Shown piece by piece: positions 1 through 9,322 of a stretch of 64,000 bases of DNA. Made by a program: the position numbers and the translations under genes. The stretch covers positions 2,640 through 66,639 of the forward strand of contig DATLSH010000079.1 of NCBI GenBank assembly GCA_035534235.1, read 5' to 3'. Positions within the stretch are counted from its first letter, which is position 1, and every line of letters starts with the position of its first letter. Source of the DNA: Acidimicrobiales bacterium. GTDB taxonomy: Bacteria > Actinomycetota > Acidimicrobiia > Acidimicrobiales > RAAP-2. Under the pieces are notes generated by a model. It was given only the letters and a program-made list of their open reading frames with translations. It was not told the origin of the DNA and ran no database searches.

Positions 1-1909
1 TGGAGTTGCGGTCCGAGAGCACGATCAGGTTGGCCCCACCGGCGATGGCCCCTGACACCTGGCGCCGCACATCCTCCAGGGCCCGGGCCAGGGCCTCGCC
101 ACCGGCGGCGGTCGGCCGTCCGGCCTCCCCCGCCTCTCCGACCTCGAACAGCCCGTCGATGGCGAACGCCTTGAAGCCCGGTGTCTCCCCGTGCTCGTTG
201 ACGTACATGAGCTTGGCCAGGTCGTCGCGGTCGATGACCGGCAGGGGCAGGAGGATCTGCCGACAGGATGCCGGACCGGCCTCAAGCAGGTTGCATTCGG
301 GGCCGACGGTAGCCGACAGGGAAGTCACCAGCTCCTCCCGGATGGCGTCGAGGGGTGGGTTGGTCACCTGGGCGAAGAGCTGAGTGAAGTAGTCGTACAG
401 GAGCCGGGAGCGATCCGACAGCACGGCGATGGCGGCATCGGACCCCATGGAGCCCAGCGGCTCCCCCCCGGTGCGGGCCATGGGGGCCAGAATGACCCGC
501 AACTCCTCGGTGGTGTAGCCGAAGAGGCGTTGCTGGTTCACCACCCGACCGTGCTGGGGGGTGAGCATGGCTCGGGGCGGCAGCTCGTCAAGGCGGATCT
601 GGTCCGCCGCCAGCCACTCGTCGTAGGGCTGCTCGGCCGCCAGCGCGGACTTGATCTCCTCGTCCTCGACCAGGCGCCCCTGCGCGGTGTCGACCAGGAA
701 CATCCGGCCGGGTTGCAACCGGCCCTTGCGGATGACGCGCTCGGGGGCGATGTCGAGCACGCCCACCTCGCTGGCCAGCACCACCAGGCCGTCGTCGGTC
801 ACCCAGTAGCGGGCGGGGCGCAGGCCGTTGCGGTCGAGCACCGCTCCGACCACGGTCCCGTCGGTGAAGCAGACGGCAGCCGGACCGTCCCACGGCTCCA
901 TCAGGCTGGCGTGGTAGCGGTAAAAGGAGCGGCGCCCGTGGTCCATGGTGCCGTGGTTCTCCCACGCTTCGGGGATCATCATGAGGACGGCATGGGGAAG
1001 GGAGCGCCCACCCAGGTGCAACAGTTCCAGCACCTCGTCGAAGCTGGCCGAGTCGCTGGCACCGGGGGTGCAGATCGGGTAGATGCGCGCCAGGTCGCCC
1101 TCAATCAGGGGGGTGGCCAGCAGGGCCTCGCGGGCCCGCATCCAGTTCCGGTTGCCGGCCAGTGTGTTGATCTCCCCGTTGTGCGCCAGGTAGCGGTAGG
1201 GGTGGGCCAGCGGCCAGCTGGGGAAGGTGTTGGTGGAGAAGCGTGAGTGGACCAGGGCCAGGCCCGACTCGAAGGTCGGGTCCCGCAGGTCGGGGAAGAA
1301 CTGGCGCAGCTGCTCGGAGGTCAGCATGCCCTTGTAGACGATCGTCCGGGCCGACAGGGAGGGGAAGTAGAGCCCGTCGACGGCGTGCTCGGCCCGCTTG
1401 CGCAGGACGAAGGCCCGGCGTTCCAGGGCCATGACGTCCCCGGCCGCCCCCGCCTCGCCCGCCGGTGCCACGAAGACCTGCTCAATGGCCGGCATAGCAC
1501 CGAGAGCCGTCTCGCCCAGCCCGGCGGGTTCGGTCGGGACGACGCGCCAGCCCAGCACGCACAGACCCTCCTCGGCGGCCAGCTGCCCCACCTTGTGCTT
1601 CGCCTTGGCGGCATCGTCACCGTCGCGGGGCAGGAAGACCAGGCCCGCCGCGTATCCACCGGCGCCGGGCAGGCTGAAACCGGCCGCCGCGGCCGCACCC
1701 ATCAGGAACCGGTGTGGGACCTGCACGAGGATGCCGGCACCGTCGCCCGTCTCCACCTCGGCACCCGAGGCACCTCTGTGCGCCAGTCGCTCCAGGACGG
1801 ACAGGCCGCGATCGACAATGTCGTGGTCGGCCCGACCATGGAGATCGGCCACCATGCCGACGCCGCAGGCATCGTGTTCGAAGGCCGGATCGTAGAGGCC
1901 TGTCGCCAT
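1..1909 (-). CDS. gltB: glutamate synthase large subunit, N-terminal portion (gene runs off the window start)
   Basis: Own minus-strand translation from ATG 1909..1907 gives [51 protein letters not shown], the Ntn-type glutamine amidotransferase start with catalytic Cys. Later it reads [31 protein letters not shown]. The frame stays open to base 1. It is absent from the ORF track only because no stop lies inside the window. Confidence 0.9.
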   Translation of the reverse strand, partial: MATGLYDPAFEHDACGVGMVADLHGRADHDIVDRGLSVLERLAHRGASGAEVETGDGAGILVQVPHRFLMGAAAAAGFSLPGAGGYAAGLVFLPRDGDDAAKAKHKVGQLAAEEGLCVLGWRVVPTEPAGLGETALGAMPAIEQVFVAPAGEAGAAGDVMALERRAFVLRKRAEHAVDGLYFPSLSARTIVYKGMLTSEQLRQFFPDLRDPTFESGLALVHSRFSTNTFPSWPLAHPYRYLAHNGEINTLAGNRNWMRAREALLATPLIEGDLARIYPICTPGASDSASFDEVLELLHLGGRSLPHAVLMMIPEAWENHGTMDHGRRSFYRYHASLMEPWDGPAAVCFTDGTVVGAVLDRNGLRPARYWVTDDGLVVLASEVGVLDIAPERVIRKGRLQPGRMFLVDTAQGRLVEDEEIKSALAAEQPYDEWLAADQIRLDELPPRAMLTPQHGRVVNQQRLFGYTTEELRVILAPMARTGGEPLGSMGSDAAIAVLSDRSRLLYDYFTQLFAQVTNPPLDAIREELVTSLSATVGPECNLLEAGPASCRQILLPLPVIDRDDLAKLMYVNEHGETPGFKAFAIDGLFEVGEAGEAGRPTAAGGEALARALEDVRRQVSGAIAGGANLIVLSDRNS

Positions 1910-2013
1910 CGGCGTCCTTCCAGAAGTGGTGGGAGAATGAACGTCAACCGGGACGGCGCTGGCCCAGAAGTGGAAAGAACAGGATACACGATCGCTCTCC
2001 TAGGCTGAGCACA

Positions 2014-3129
2014 ATGGCAGTTCGGGTGCACATTGTGGGAGGCGGAATCATCGGCCTCTCCTGCGCCTGGCAGCTGGCCCGCCACGGCCACGGCGTGACG
2101 GTGGTCGCCCCGGATCCGGGCCGCGGCGGGGCCGCCTGGGTGGCCGCCGGCATGCTGGCCCCGGTCACCGAGGCGCAGTTCGGGGAGAAAGGGCTCACCG
2201 CGCTTCTCCTGGAAGCGGCCGGGCTCTGGAAGAAGTTCGCCGCCGCGCTGGAGGAGGATGCGGGCCAGGCCATCGGCCATGACGAGTCCGGCACCCTCAC
2301 GGTCGCGCTGAATTCATCTGACCGCGTCGCCCTCGATGATCTCCTGGCCTACCAGCACTCCCTAGGCCTTGCCGCGCATCGGCGTACGGCGTCGGAGTGC
2401 CGCGCCCTCGTACCGGGACTGACCCCGGCCGTACGGGGCGGGATAGAAGTGCCCGGTGACCACCAGGTGGACAACCGCGCCGTCCTGGCCGCACTCATCG
2501 GGGCCTGCCGGAGCAGGGGCGTCACATTCGTGAATGGTTCGGTGGCTGCGCTCCATCCCGGTCCCGAGTTGGCCCTTGGGGATGGCCGCCGCCTCCGGGC
2601 CGACCACGTCCTCCTGGCGGCCGGCGTCGGCTTGCCCTCCATCGCCGGTCTCTCCGAGGCCGGACTGCCCGCCGTCCGCCCGGTCAAGGGGCACATCCTG
2701 CGTCTGGGGCCGCTGGGCGGTGGACCCGCCCGGGCCGCACTTCCCCGCACCTTGCGCGGCCTTGTCCGCGGGCACTCCATCTACCTGGTACCCCGCAGGG
2801 ACGGCTCCGTGGTGGTCGGGGCCACCGTCGAAGAGCGCGGCCAAGCGACGTCCGTGCAGGCGGGTGCGGTGCACGAATTGCTGTGTGACGCCCGGACCGT
2901 CTTCCCGGGCGTGGACGAGCTGGAGCTCCTCGAAGCCGTGGCCGGCCTGCGCCCGGCCACGATGGACAACACCCCGTGCATCGGGTGGACCCGGCTGGAA
3001 CAGGTGGCGGTGGCGACCGGCCACTTCCGCAACGGCTACCTCCTGGCCCCGCTGACGGCGGCCGCGGTGACGGACCTCTTCGGCCGACGACCTGTCACGC
3101 CGCTGGTGGGCGCCCTGGCTCCCGCATGA
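2014..3129 (+). CDS. thiO: FAD-dependent glycine oxidase
   Basis: Internal ATG at 2014 of ORF 1714..3129 gives MAVRVHIVGGGIIGLSCAWQLARHG, a Rossmann GxGxxG FAD fold. This is the DAO family. The stop overlaps the thiS start (ATGA at 3126-3129). Confidence 0.8.
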   Translation: MAVRVHIVGGGIIGLSCAWQLARHGHGVTVVAPDPGRGGAAWVAAGMLAPVTEAQFGEKGLTALLLEAAGLWKKFAAALEEDAGQAIGHDESGTLTVALNSSDRVALDDLLAYQHSLGLAAHRRTASECRALVPGLTPAVRGGIEVPGDHQVDNRAVLAALIGACRSRGVTFVNGSVAALHPGPELALGDGRRLRADHVLLAAGVGLPSIAGLSEAGLPAVRPVKGHILRLGPLGGGPARAALPRTLRGLVRGHSIYLVPRRDGSVVVGATVEERGQATSVQAGAVHELLCDARTVFPGVDELELLEAVAGLRPATMDNTPCIGWTRLEQVAVATGHFRNGYLLAPLTAAAVTDLFGRRPVTPLVGALAPA

Positions 3130-3338
3130 GGGGCGTGACGTTGACGGTCAACGGCGATGCTCTGCGCGTGGCGGCCGGGAGCACCATCGCCGACGTGGTG
3201 GCCGGCCTGGCCGGTGCCGATCCCAAGGGGATCGCCGTCGCCGTGGATCGCAGCGTGATCCCCCGCTCCGAGTGGCACACCACACCGGCCGTGCCCGGCA
3301 CGCTTATTGAGGTGGTCACCGCGGCCGCCGGTGGTTGA
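3126..3338 (+). CDS. thiS: sulfur carrier protein ThiS
   Basis: A 70-aa product, MRGVTLTVNGDALRV...TLIEVVTAAAGG, with the C-terminal GG typical of ThiS/MoaD. It is translationally coupled to thiO. Confidence 0.85.
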   Translation: MRGVTLTVNGDALRVAAGSTIADVVAGLAGADPKGIAVAVDRSVIPRSEWHTTPAVPGTLIEVVTAAAGG

Positions 3339-3344
3339 GGCCCG

Positions 3345-4817
3345 TTGCCCCTTGGTGTCGCCGGTGCCAGAATGCCGCCCGTGAGTGAACTGCCGCGTTC
3401 CGGGTCGACCGCCTTCGTCCTGGCCGGAGGAGGCGCCAAGGGCTCATTCGAGGTGGGGGCCCTGCAGTACCTGATCGGCGAGGAGGGAATCACCCCCGAT
3501 ATCGTCACCGCCGCCTCGGCGGGAGCCCTGGCGGCATCGGTACTGGCCCAAGCCCGCACGCTGGGCGAATTCGTCCAGCGAGTCCAGGAGATTGAGGATG
3601 ACATCCTGGCCATGACCCGGACCGACCTCGTCTTCGGCCAGCAAGCGTGGCTCCAGGCCCTCCAGGGGACCGAGCTCGGTAACTCCATCGCCTCGGCCCT
3701 CACCGAGGGCACGCGTCCGCCGTTTCCGCTCGGCGAGACCCGCAGCCGATCGGAGGCCACCGGTGGCCGGCGGCGGGTCATGCGCCGGGCCCGACGCCGC
3801 CGCCGGCGCCGGATGTTCCGGCTCCTTCTCGGAGCCGGTTTCCGTCTGCCCAAGGCACGCCGCAAGCTCCGCACGAGCGGGAGCTCGGCTCTGAACCTCC
3901 AGCCGCTGGCCGATGCCCTGCGCCAGGGCGGTCCGAGCGGCATCGGCCCCATCGACCAGTCCCTGATCAACCGACCGGGCCTCCAACTCCGGCTGGCCGT
4001 CACCGCGCTGCGAGCCGGAGTCCTGCGCTACGTGACCGAGGACGGGACAATTGTCGAAGACGACGCGCTGACCCCGGCCCTCGGATCGGCGTCCGGTCCG
4101 GTGGACCTGGTCGACGGGGCCGTGGCATCGGCGAGCGTGCCTCTGGTCTTCCCGCCCCACCCGATGGCCGACGATGACTACGTCGACGGGGGTGTCCTGC
4201 AGATCATCCCCGTGCACGCCGCGGTCCAGCTCGGAGCGACCCGGATCATCGCGGTGGCCGCCATCCCGCTGGCGCTGGCCCGTGACGAGCACGACTACAC
4301 CACCGCCACCGCCCCCCACATCGGACTGAGGGCGATGGGGATGATCGGGCTGGCCCATCGCCAACGCGACAATCTGGCGGCCGCCCTCCCGCCCGGCACC
4401 ACCCTGACCACCATCGACCCCGTTGTCGACATCGTCGGGCTCTTCGAGATTGAGCCCGGACTGCTGCGCATCAACATGGACTACGGCTGGCTGCGGGCCG
4501 CCGATGTCATGGCCGTCGGCGACGCGGCCATAGTGGCCGAAGTGGCCGCCCAGACCCACATGCTGGTGGCGGCCCGGTTCGAGGCCTGGAAGCTGGAAGA
4601 AACACTCTGGGCCCAGAAGGTCTCTGCCGGCAGCGGGGAGGCTGGGACCCTCGCCATGGTGCGTGAGCGCAAGGAGCAGATCCGGCTGGCGGTCGAACAG
4701 CGCAAGCAATTGGGTTTCCCCGTCCCCGCAGAGTGCGCGAGCTGGTGGTCCGAATTCGAGGTCCATGCCGGGACGCGACCGCCCCACCTCCCCTCCGGCC
4801 CCACCGACCGGGGCTGA
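3345..4817 (+). CDS. patatin-like phospholipase with Arg-rich insertion
   Basis: Oxyanion motif FVLAGGGAKGSFEVGAL, nucleophile elbow TAASAGA (A-x-S-x-G) and catalytic Asp motif YVDGGV are present. The start could be TTG 3345 or ATG 3372. Confidence 0.8.
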   Translation: MPLGVAGARMPPVSELPRSGSTAFVLAGGGAKGSFEVGALQYLIGEEGITPDIVTAASAGALAASVLAQARTLGEFVQRVQEIEDDILAMTRTDLVFGQQAWLQALQGTELGNSIASALTEGTRPPFPLGETRSRSEATGGRRRVMRRARRRRRRRMFRLLLGAGFRLPKARRKLRTSGSSALNLQPLADALRQGGPSGIGPIDQSLINRPGLQLRLAVTALRAGVLRYVTEDGTIVEDDALTPALGSASGPVDLVDGAVASASVPLVFPPHPMADDDYVDGGVLQIIPVHAAVQLGATRIIAVAAIPLALARDEHDYTTATAPHIGLRAMGMIGLAHRQRDNLAAALPPGTTLTTIDPVVDIVGLFEIEPGLLRINMDYGWLRAADVMAVGDAAIVAEVAAQTHMLVAARFEAWKLEETLWAQKVSAGSGEAGTLAMVRERKEQIRLAVEQRKQLGFPVPAECASWWSEFEVHAGTRPPHLPSGPTDRG

Positions 4818-4858
4818 CCGCTTTCCGGGCCCCGGACTGCAGGGGGCGGGGCGAAACC

Positions 4859-5614
4859 CTAGGCCGAGGGCGCCGCCTCTTCGGGCGCCGCCGCCAGGGC
4901 CTGCGGATCGGGAGCGCCACTCCCCACCTCGGCCTTGAGCGCGGCCAGTTCCTTGTCGACCGCGGCATCGGTTCCCACCTGGTCCAGCTCCTTCTGAATA
5001 TCGTCTCCCCCGCCGCCGACGTCCTCTAGGACGCCCGACTCCAGGAGCTCGTCGAGCGCGCCCGAGCGCGCCTGCATGGTGGCGATCTTGTCCTGGGCCC
5101 GCTGGAGCGCCGCTCCGGAGTCGTTGAAGGACTTGGATATCCCCGCCGTGCTCTCGTCGACCGAGCTGATGGCCTTGGCCGCGGTGTACTGGGCCTTCAG
5201 GGTCTCTTTCTGGGTGCGGAAGTCGTTGACGCGCTTCTGGAGCACCGAGAGCGTCTGGGTGAGCTTGCCCTCCTCCTCGGTGAGCTGGGCGCGCTGGGGC
5301 TCCATCTGGTCGATCTGCTGCTGGGCCGCCGCCTTGCGGCTGAGGGCCTCCTTGGCCAGGTCCTCCTTGCCCTGTCCCAGCGCAGCCTTGGCCTGATCCT
5401 GCAGGTGGTCGATCGTGTGTTGGAACTGCTGTTCCTGCAGTTCGATGTTCTTCCGTGATCCGGCGATGTCGACCAGGGCCCGACGCACCTGGGTGATCTG
5501 CTCCAGCATCTTCTGGTACGAGAGATCAAGCATCTCGTCAGGCTTCTCTGCTGCGTCGAGCGCCTTATTCGTCTTGGCCTGCGCTATGTCGTGCGCTCGC
5601 TGGAAGATGCCCAT
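4859..5614 (-). CDS. pspA: PspA/IM30 family (phage shock protein A-like) coiled-coil protein
   Basis: MGIFQRAHDIAQAKTNKALDAAEKPDEMLDLSYQKMLEQITQVRRAL is a typical PspA/Vipp1 N-terminus. The ATG at 5614 is preceded by GGGAGGG. The longer track ORF to 5944 has a non-protein-like extension. Confidence 0.85.
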   Translation of the reverse strand: MGIFQRAHDIAQAKTNKALDAAEKPDEMLDLSYQKMLEQITQVRRALVDIAGSRKNIELQEQQFQHTIDHLQDQAKAALGQGKEDLAKEALSRKAAAQQQIDQMEPQRAQLTEEEGKLTQTLSVLQKRVNDFRTQKETLKAQYTAAKAISSVDESTAGISKSFNDSGAALQRAQDKIATMQARSGALDELLESGVLEDVGGGGDDIQKELDQVGTDAAVDKELAALKAEVGSGAPDPQALAAAPEEAAPSA

Positions 5615-6017
5615 GTTCCCTCCCTGGGGATCGTTGCGTGTCCTCAGGATAGAACGTCCGGCCACGCAGTGGGCTCGGGCCGGGTCACCCTCCGGCGGGG
5701 ACGAGTTGCCGCCGGCTTGCCCCTCGGTCGCCCCCGAGGTAACAGGCGCCGCCGGCCGGAGCAGCGGCCGTGGCCTGTACGGGGGTCTGAGCAAGTTGAC
5801 CAGGAAGGCCCGATGATCTGCGCTTATGGTCCGATTCCGGCGGCATTTCAGGCACCCGGCTTCTCTCGAACATGGGAATGGGGGGAGCCTGGCTGGGCGG
5901 CTCACCACCGCAAAGTGCACCGTCGCTTCGCATGGTCCATGCATATGCCCCGGGCACGTGCCAATATCTCTCTGTCGAGGTGAGAAGTCTCGACCTAATC
6001 GGGATCAGGAGGCAACG

Positions 6018-6581
6018 ATGAGCGACACTTCGCAAGGCGAAGGATGGTGGCAGGCGTCGGACGGCAAGTGGTACGCACCGGAGCAGCAGTCGAGTAGCCC
6101 GGCGTCCACGCCGTCACCCGCAGGAGGATCGTCCGGATCGGGCTTAGGACCATTTGCCTTCGACCTCAAGCGGCTGTCAAAGGAAGAGCAGATCACCGGA
6201 GGGGCCTCCCTGGTGCTCTTCATTCTACTCTTCCTTCCGTGGTACACGGCCAGCGTCTCGGTGTACTCGTATTCAGCGAACGGCCTGCATCACTTCTGGA
6301 TGTACTTCGTCCTTCTCATCTGCCTGGCCATCCTGGCCTACCTCGTGGCCATTGCCGGCTTCGGTAAGGTGCCGATCAATCTCCCCATGCCCAAAGAGCG
6401 CCTCTTGCTCATTGCTACGGGCGTGAACGCTGTGCTCACCATCCTGGCCTTCCTGTTCAAGCCCAGTGGTGGTGGTGTCGTCAGCGTCTCGTGGGGCATC
6501 GGTGCGTACCTCGGCCTCATTGCCGCCCTTGTGGCCGCAGCCCCGTCGGCCATCCCGGCGATTAAGGCCCGCGGCAACTGA
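6018..6581 (+). CDS. integral membrane protein with N-terminal GWWQASDGKWY (DUF2510-like) motif
   Basis: ATG 6018 is preceded by AGGAGG. A Ser/Pro-rich linker is followed by about 4 predicted hydrophobic helices. Confidence 0.6.
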   Translation: MSDTSQGEGWWQASDGKWYAPEQQSSSPASTPSPAGGSSGSGLGPFAFDLKRLSKEEQITGGASLVLFILLFLPWYTASVSVYSYSANGLHHFWMYFVLLICLAILAYLVAIAGFGKVPINLPMPKERLLLIATGVNAVLTILAFLFKPSGGGVVSVSWGIGAYLGLIAALVAAAPSAIPAIKARGN

Positions 6582-6597
6582 ACCAACTCACTCGCCG

Positions 6598-7245
6598 TCA
6601 ATTGCCCATCGCTCCTACAATCATGGGAGCGCTGGGCTTGACGCGGGGCCGGGCCAGCATCATGACGCAATCATGAATCGCGGAGAATCTTTCGACAGCC
6701 GACACGTCAAAATGGACCGCAATGGCGTTCTCTATTTCCGTGGCTTTTCTTGGATACATCCCTACGTCAAGACGCCATGCCAATCGCGATACCCATCTCC
6801 CCGGTGACCAGACACCGTCAAGGAACACAAGGTATCCATCTGACTTGAGGACACGGTGAACCTCGGAGAGAGTCTTCTCCCACCTCTCTCCATCGAGATG
6901 GTGGGAGACATCCTTCAATAGGACGGCATCAGCGAAGCCATCGGGAAATGGCAGATCTGACGCGTCCCCGACGGCGCGTTCAGTTCCTGCTCCGACCTGG
7001 CCGAAATGCACCGCTCGCTCATCGGGATCGATGCTGACATAGGACCAAGCGTCGGGCCACAGGGACCTGCTGCGTCCGGTTCCCCCGCCCACATCCACCA
7101 CGGTGCCCGTTGGGCGTTCCTGCACCGCGAGTGCGGTGTAGGGGGCCAGCCTCTCTTCGAGGCGATTCCCACCCAACATGCGCCGTTGCAGTCGGTAGAC
7201 CCTCGGATGCGACAGGAATCGGGAGATCACATTTCGGATCGCCAT
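6598..7245 (-). CDS. class I SAM-dependent methyltransferase
   Basis: Motif I VVDVGGGTGRS and post-I acidic residues are present, with DGYLVFLD later. Methyltransf_11/25-like. Confidence 0.8.
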   Translation of the reverse strand: MAIRNVISRFLSHPRVYRLQRRMLGGNRLEERLAPYTALAVQERPTGTVVDVGGGTGRSRSLWPDAWSYVSIDPDERAVHFGQVGAGTERAVGDASDLPFPDGFADAVLLKDVSHHLDGERWEKTLSEVHRVLKSDGYLVFLDGVWSPGRWVSRLAWRLDVGMYPRKATEIENAIAVHFDVSAVERFSAIHDCVMMLARPRVKPSAPMIVGAMGN

Positions 7246-7401
7246 GGATTAGGGATATCCCGGGCATTCTGCGACCTGGAGCATAGGAACCTCACGCTAC
7301 CGCGCACCCTCCGCCCCGATGAAGGGTCGTCCACTTCGCACCGTTGAACGATGCACCTTCCGCCAAGGCACTGGGGAGGCGGCCAGGCTCCCGGTGCGCC
7401 C

Positions 7402-8163
7402 TCAGCGTGGCGTGAACAAGAAGTTGTGCACGTGGCGTCGGGCGTAAAGGAGGAAATTGGTGGCGTAGCCGTGCTGGGCCGCCCGGACCGAAATGGACCT
7501 CGCACCTGGGCGATCGAACTCCTCCATCGGATGCCATCGGCGCCTCTGCAGGAACTTCCCGTGGTACGAGTGGTCACCGAGAAACTCAACGATCATGTCC
7601 AGGTGCCCCTCGTTGTGGGAGCGTTCCTCAACTTCGACCAGCAACGCGGGCCGTTGGGTTGAGAGGAGTTCCACCGCCCCCTGCAACACCGCGAACTCGT
7701 GGCCCTCCACGTCAATCTTGACGAACCCGACGTCACCCAGATCGAAGTCGTCCAGCCGCCTGGTTGTGACCGGCTGCATTCTCCCGACATCTTCCGGCTG
7801 CCAACTTGATTCTATGGAGGCGCGACCCTCCGTACCCATTCCTCCCGGGGGTATCCACAGGTTTGCTTCGCCCGAACGTTCTCCCAGCGCTACGGGGTGC
7901 AGCTGCACATTGGACGGCAAGACGCCTGCGAGGCTGGCCACGAGTTCGGCATTCGGTTCGAAGGCGTCCACTCTAGGAACTCGCCTGGCCAACCACCACG
8001 ACCAAGGGCCCCACCAGACACCCACATCGACGGCACCCCGATGCTTCGGGACAAATTCATCGAGCCTTCCCAGTTCTGGCTCGAAGAATCGGTACTGCCA
8101 AGCGATGAGAGGAACGAAGAGGCGGGGTGGCATCCAGCTCACCATGTGCGAAGCGATTGCCAC
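7402..8163 (-). CDS. FkbM family methyltransferase
   Basis: VDVGVWWGPWSWWLA...DAFEPN...FVKIDVEGHEFAVLQGA is the FkbM-family signature. Confidence 0.8.
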   Translation of the reverse strand: MAIASHMVSWMPPRLFVPLIAWQYRFFEPELGRLDEFVPKHRGAVDVGVWWGPWSWWLARRVPRVDAFEPNAELVASLAGVLPSNVQLHPVALGERSGEANLWIPPGGMGTEGRASIESSWQPEDVGRMQPVTTRRLDDFDLGDVGFVKIDVEGHEFAVLQGAVELLSTQRPALLVEVEERSHNEGHLDMIVEFLGDHSYHGKFLQRRRWHPMEEFDRPGARSISVRAAQHGYATNFLLYARRHVHNFLFTPR

Positions 8164-8166
8164 GGG

Positions 8167-9318
8167 TTATCCGCTCCTCTTGAGACGTGAGGGCACGGTG
8201 TCTGGCGTCGCCAGCCCCTCCCTCCCGCCCGGACGGTCCTGGCTTCCTGTGAGTGCTTCTGCGGCCACAGCTTCCCAAGCATCGACCACCCGGCCCCACT
8301 CGAACTCGCCGGCGCGTTGCCGGGCTCGTGCCCCCATCCGTTTCCGGCGCCCGGCATCGCCCGCCAGCGCAATCCAGGCTGCCGACAGGGCCGACGTGAG
8401 CTCGCCCTCCCTAGCGTGGACGAGAACTCCGCTTACTCCGTCGAGGACGGCGTCACGGACTCCGGGTGCATCGACGGCCAAGGTGGGCGTACCGGCTGCG
8501 GCCGCCTCCAGGATCACCACCCCCCACCCTTCGTGATGTGACCCGTGGACCAGGAGCCATGCTTCAGCGAGTAAGCGATCCCTTTCCGCATTGCCGATGT
8601 GACCCAACATCTCGGCACCCGGCAACCCCTCGGCCAGACCGCGCAAGTCGGTGAGCTCCGGCCCGTCACCAATGATGGCGAAGCGCCCCCCGACCACAGG
8701 CTGCACCGAACGCCATGCTTCCAGGAGCAAGGCGACACGCTTGTGCGGAACCAAGCGGGAGAGTGCCACAAAGAGCGGTTCCGACGACTCTGTGCCAATG
8801 GGTCCGGAGGGGACATCAATCCCGTTCTCCACTACCCGGATCCTCCGTTGTTCGACGCCGATCCCCTCCAACGCGTCGGCCGTCGACTGAGAGACGGCCA
8901 CGAAGAGGCGGTTCCGGTAGACGAGTGGGATGAGGAAGCGCTCGACTGCGCTGGCGACGGCCGCCACCAGGGGGGGGAACCGTGTGCGCCATTGATCTGA
9001 ATGGATGTGATGAACCAGGCACACCGAGGGCCGGCGTCGCCAGAGGGGAGAGAAGAACGGCACACCGTTCTCCACATCAACGACGAGGTCGAAATGGCGG
9101 AGCCGGGTGGCGCAGATCAGGGGCGCCCGAAGGTACTGCGTGAAGGTGCCACCTGCCCGGTGAACGGGGTACGGGCGAGCACCCACCGGTCCACCGCACA
9201 CCAGGGCCACCTCGTGGCCACGCGCTTGCAGCTCCCTCAAGAGCCGATCGACAAGGACTTCACTTCCCCCGGCCAGCGGGTGCGCCAGATCGCGCCAACT
9301 CACGGCGAGGATGCGCAT
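8167..9318 (-). CDS. GT4 (GT-B) glycosyltransferase
   Basis: MRILAVSWRDLAHPLAGGSEV at the N-terminus and EGWGVVILEAAAAGTPTLAVDAPGVRDAV in the E-x7-E region. Alternative starts are 9330 and 9351. The 9318 start sits 4 nt after the upstream stop. Confidence 0.8.
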   Translation of the reverse strand: MRILAVSWRDLAHPLAGGSEVLVDRLLRELQARGHEVALVCGGPVGARPYPVHRAGGTFTQYLRAPLICATRLRHFDLVVDVENGVPFFSPLWRRRPSVCLVHHIHSDQWRTRFPPLVAAVASAVERFLIPLVYRNRLFVAVSQSTADALEGIGVEQRRIRVVENGIDVPSGPIGTESSEPLFVALSRLVPHKRVALLLEAWRSVQPVVGGRFAIIGDGPELTDLRGLAEGLPGAEMLGHIGNAERDRLLAEAWLLVHGSHHEGWGVVILEAAAAGTPTLAVDAPGVRDAVLDGVSGVLVHAREGELTSALSAAWIALAGDAGRRKRMGARARQRAGEFEWGRVVDAWEAVAAEALTGSQDRPGGREGLATPDTVPSRLKRSG

Positions 9319-9322
9319 GGAA

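Noticed and set aside
191-1246. 351-aa plus-strand ORF
   Set aside because: It is antisense to the clearly recognisable gltB frame. The product has the Gly/Arg/Pro/His-rich shadow-ORF composition typical of high-G+C DNA.
1910-2013. Possible TPP riboswitch in the thiO leader (contains GCTGAGC)
   Set aside because: Only a weak CUGAG-like fragment is present. The pyrophosphate-sensing helix consensus is absent and the leader is too short.
5615-5944. 110-codon N-terminal extension of the pspA ORF
   Set aside because: The PspA family begins at MGIFQR with its own GGGAGGG RBS. The extension is not protein-like.
5615-6597. Direct repeat of the tRNA-Pro 3' end marking the far border of the glycan island
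   Set aside because: I looked for tcgggctgccgggatttgaa-like sequence near the 6.6-kb border and found none. Island status therefore rests only on composition and position.
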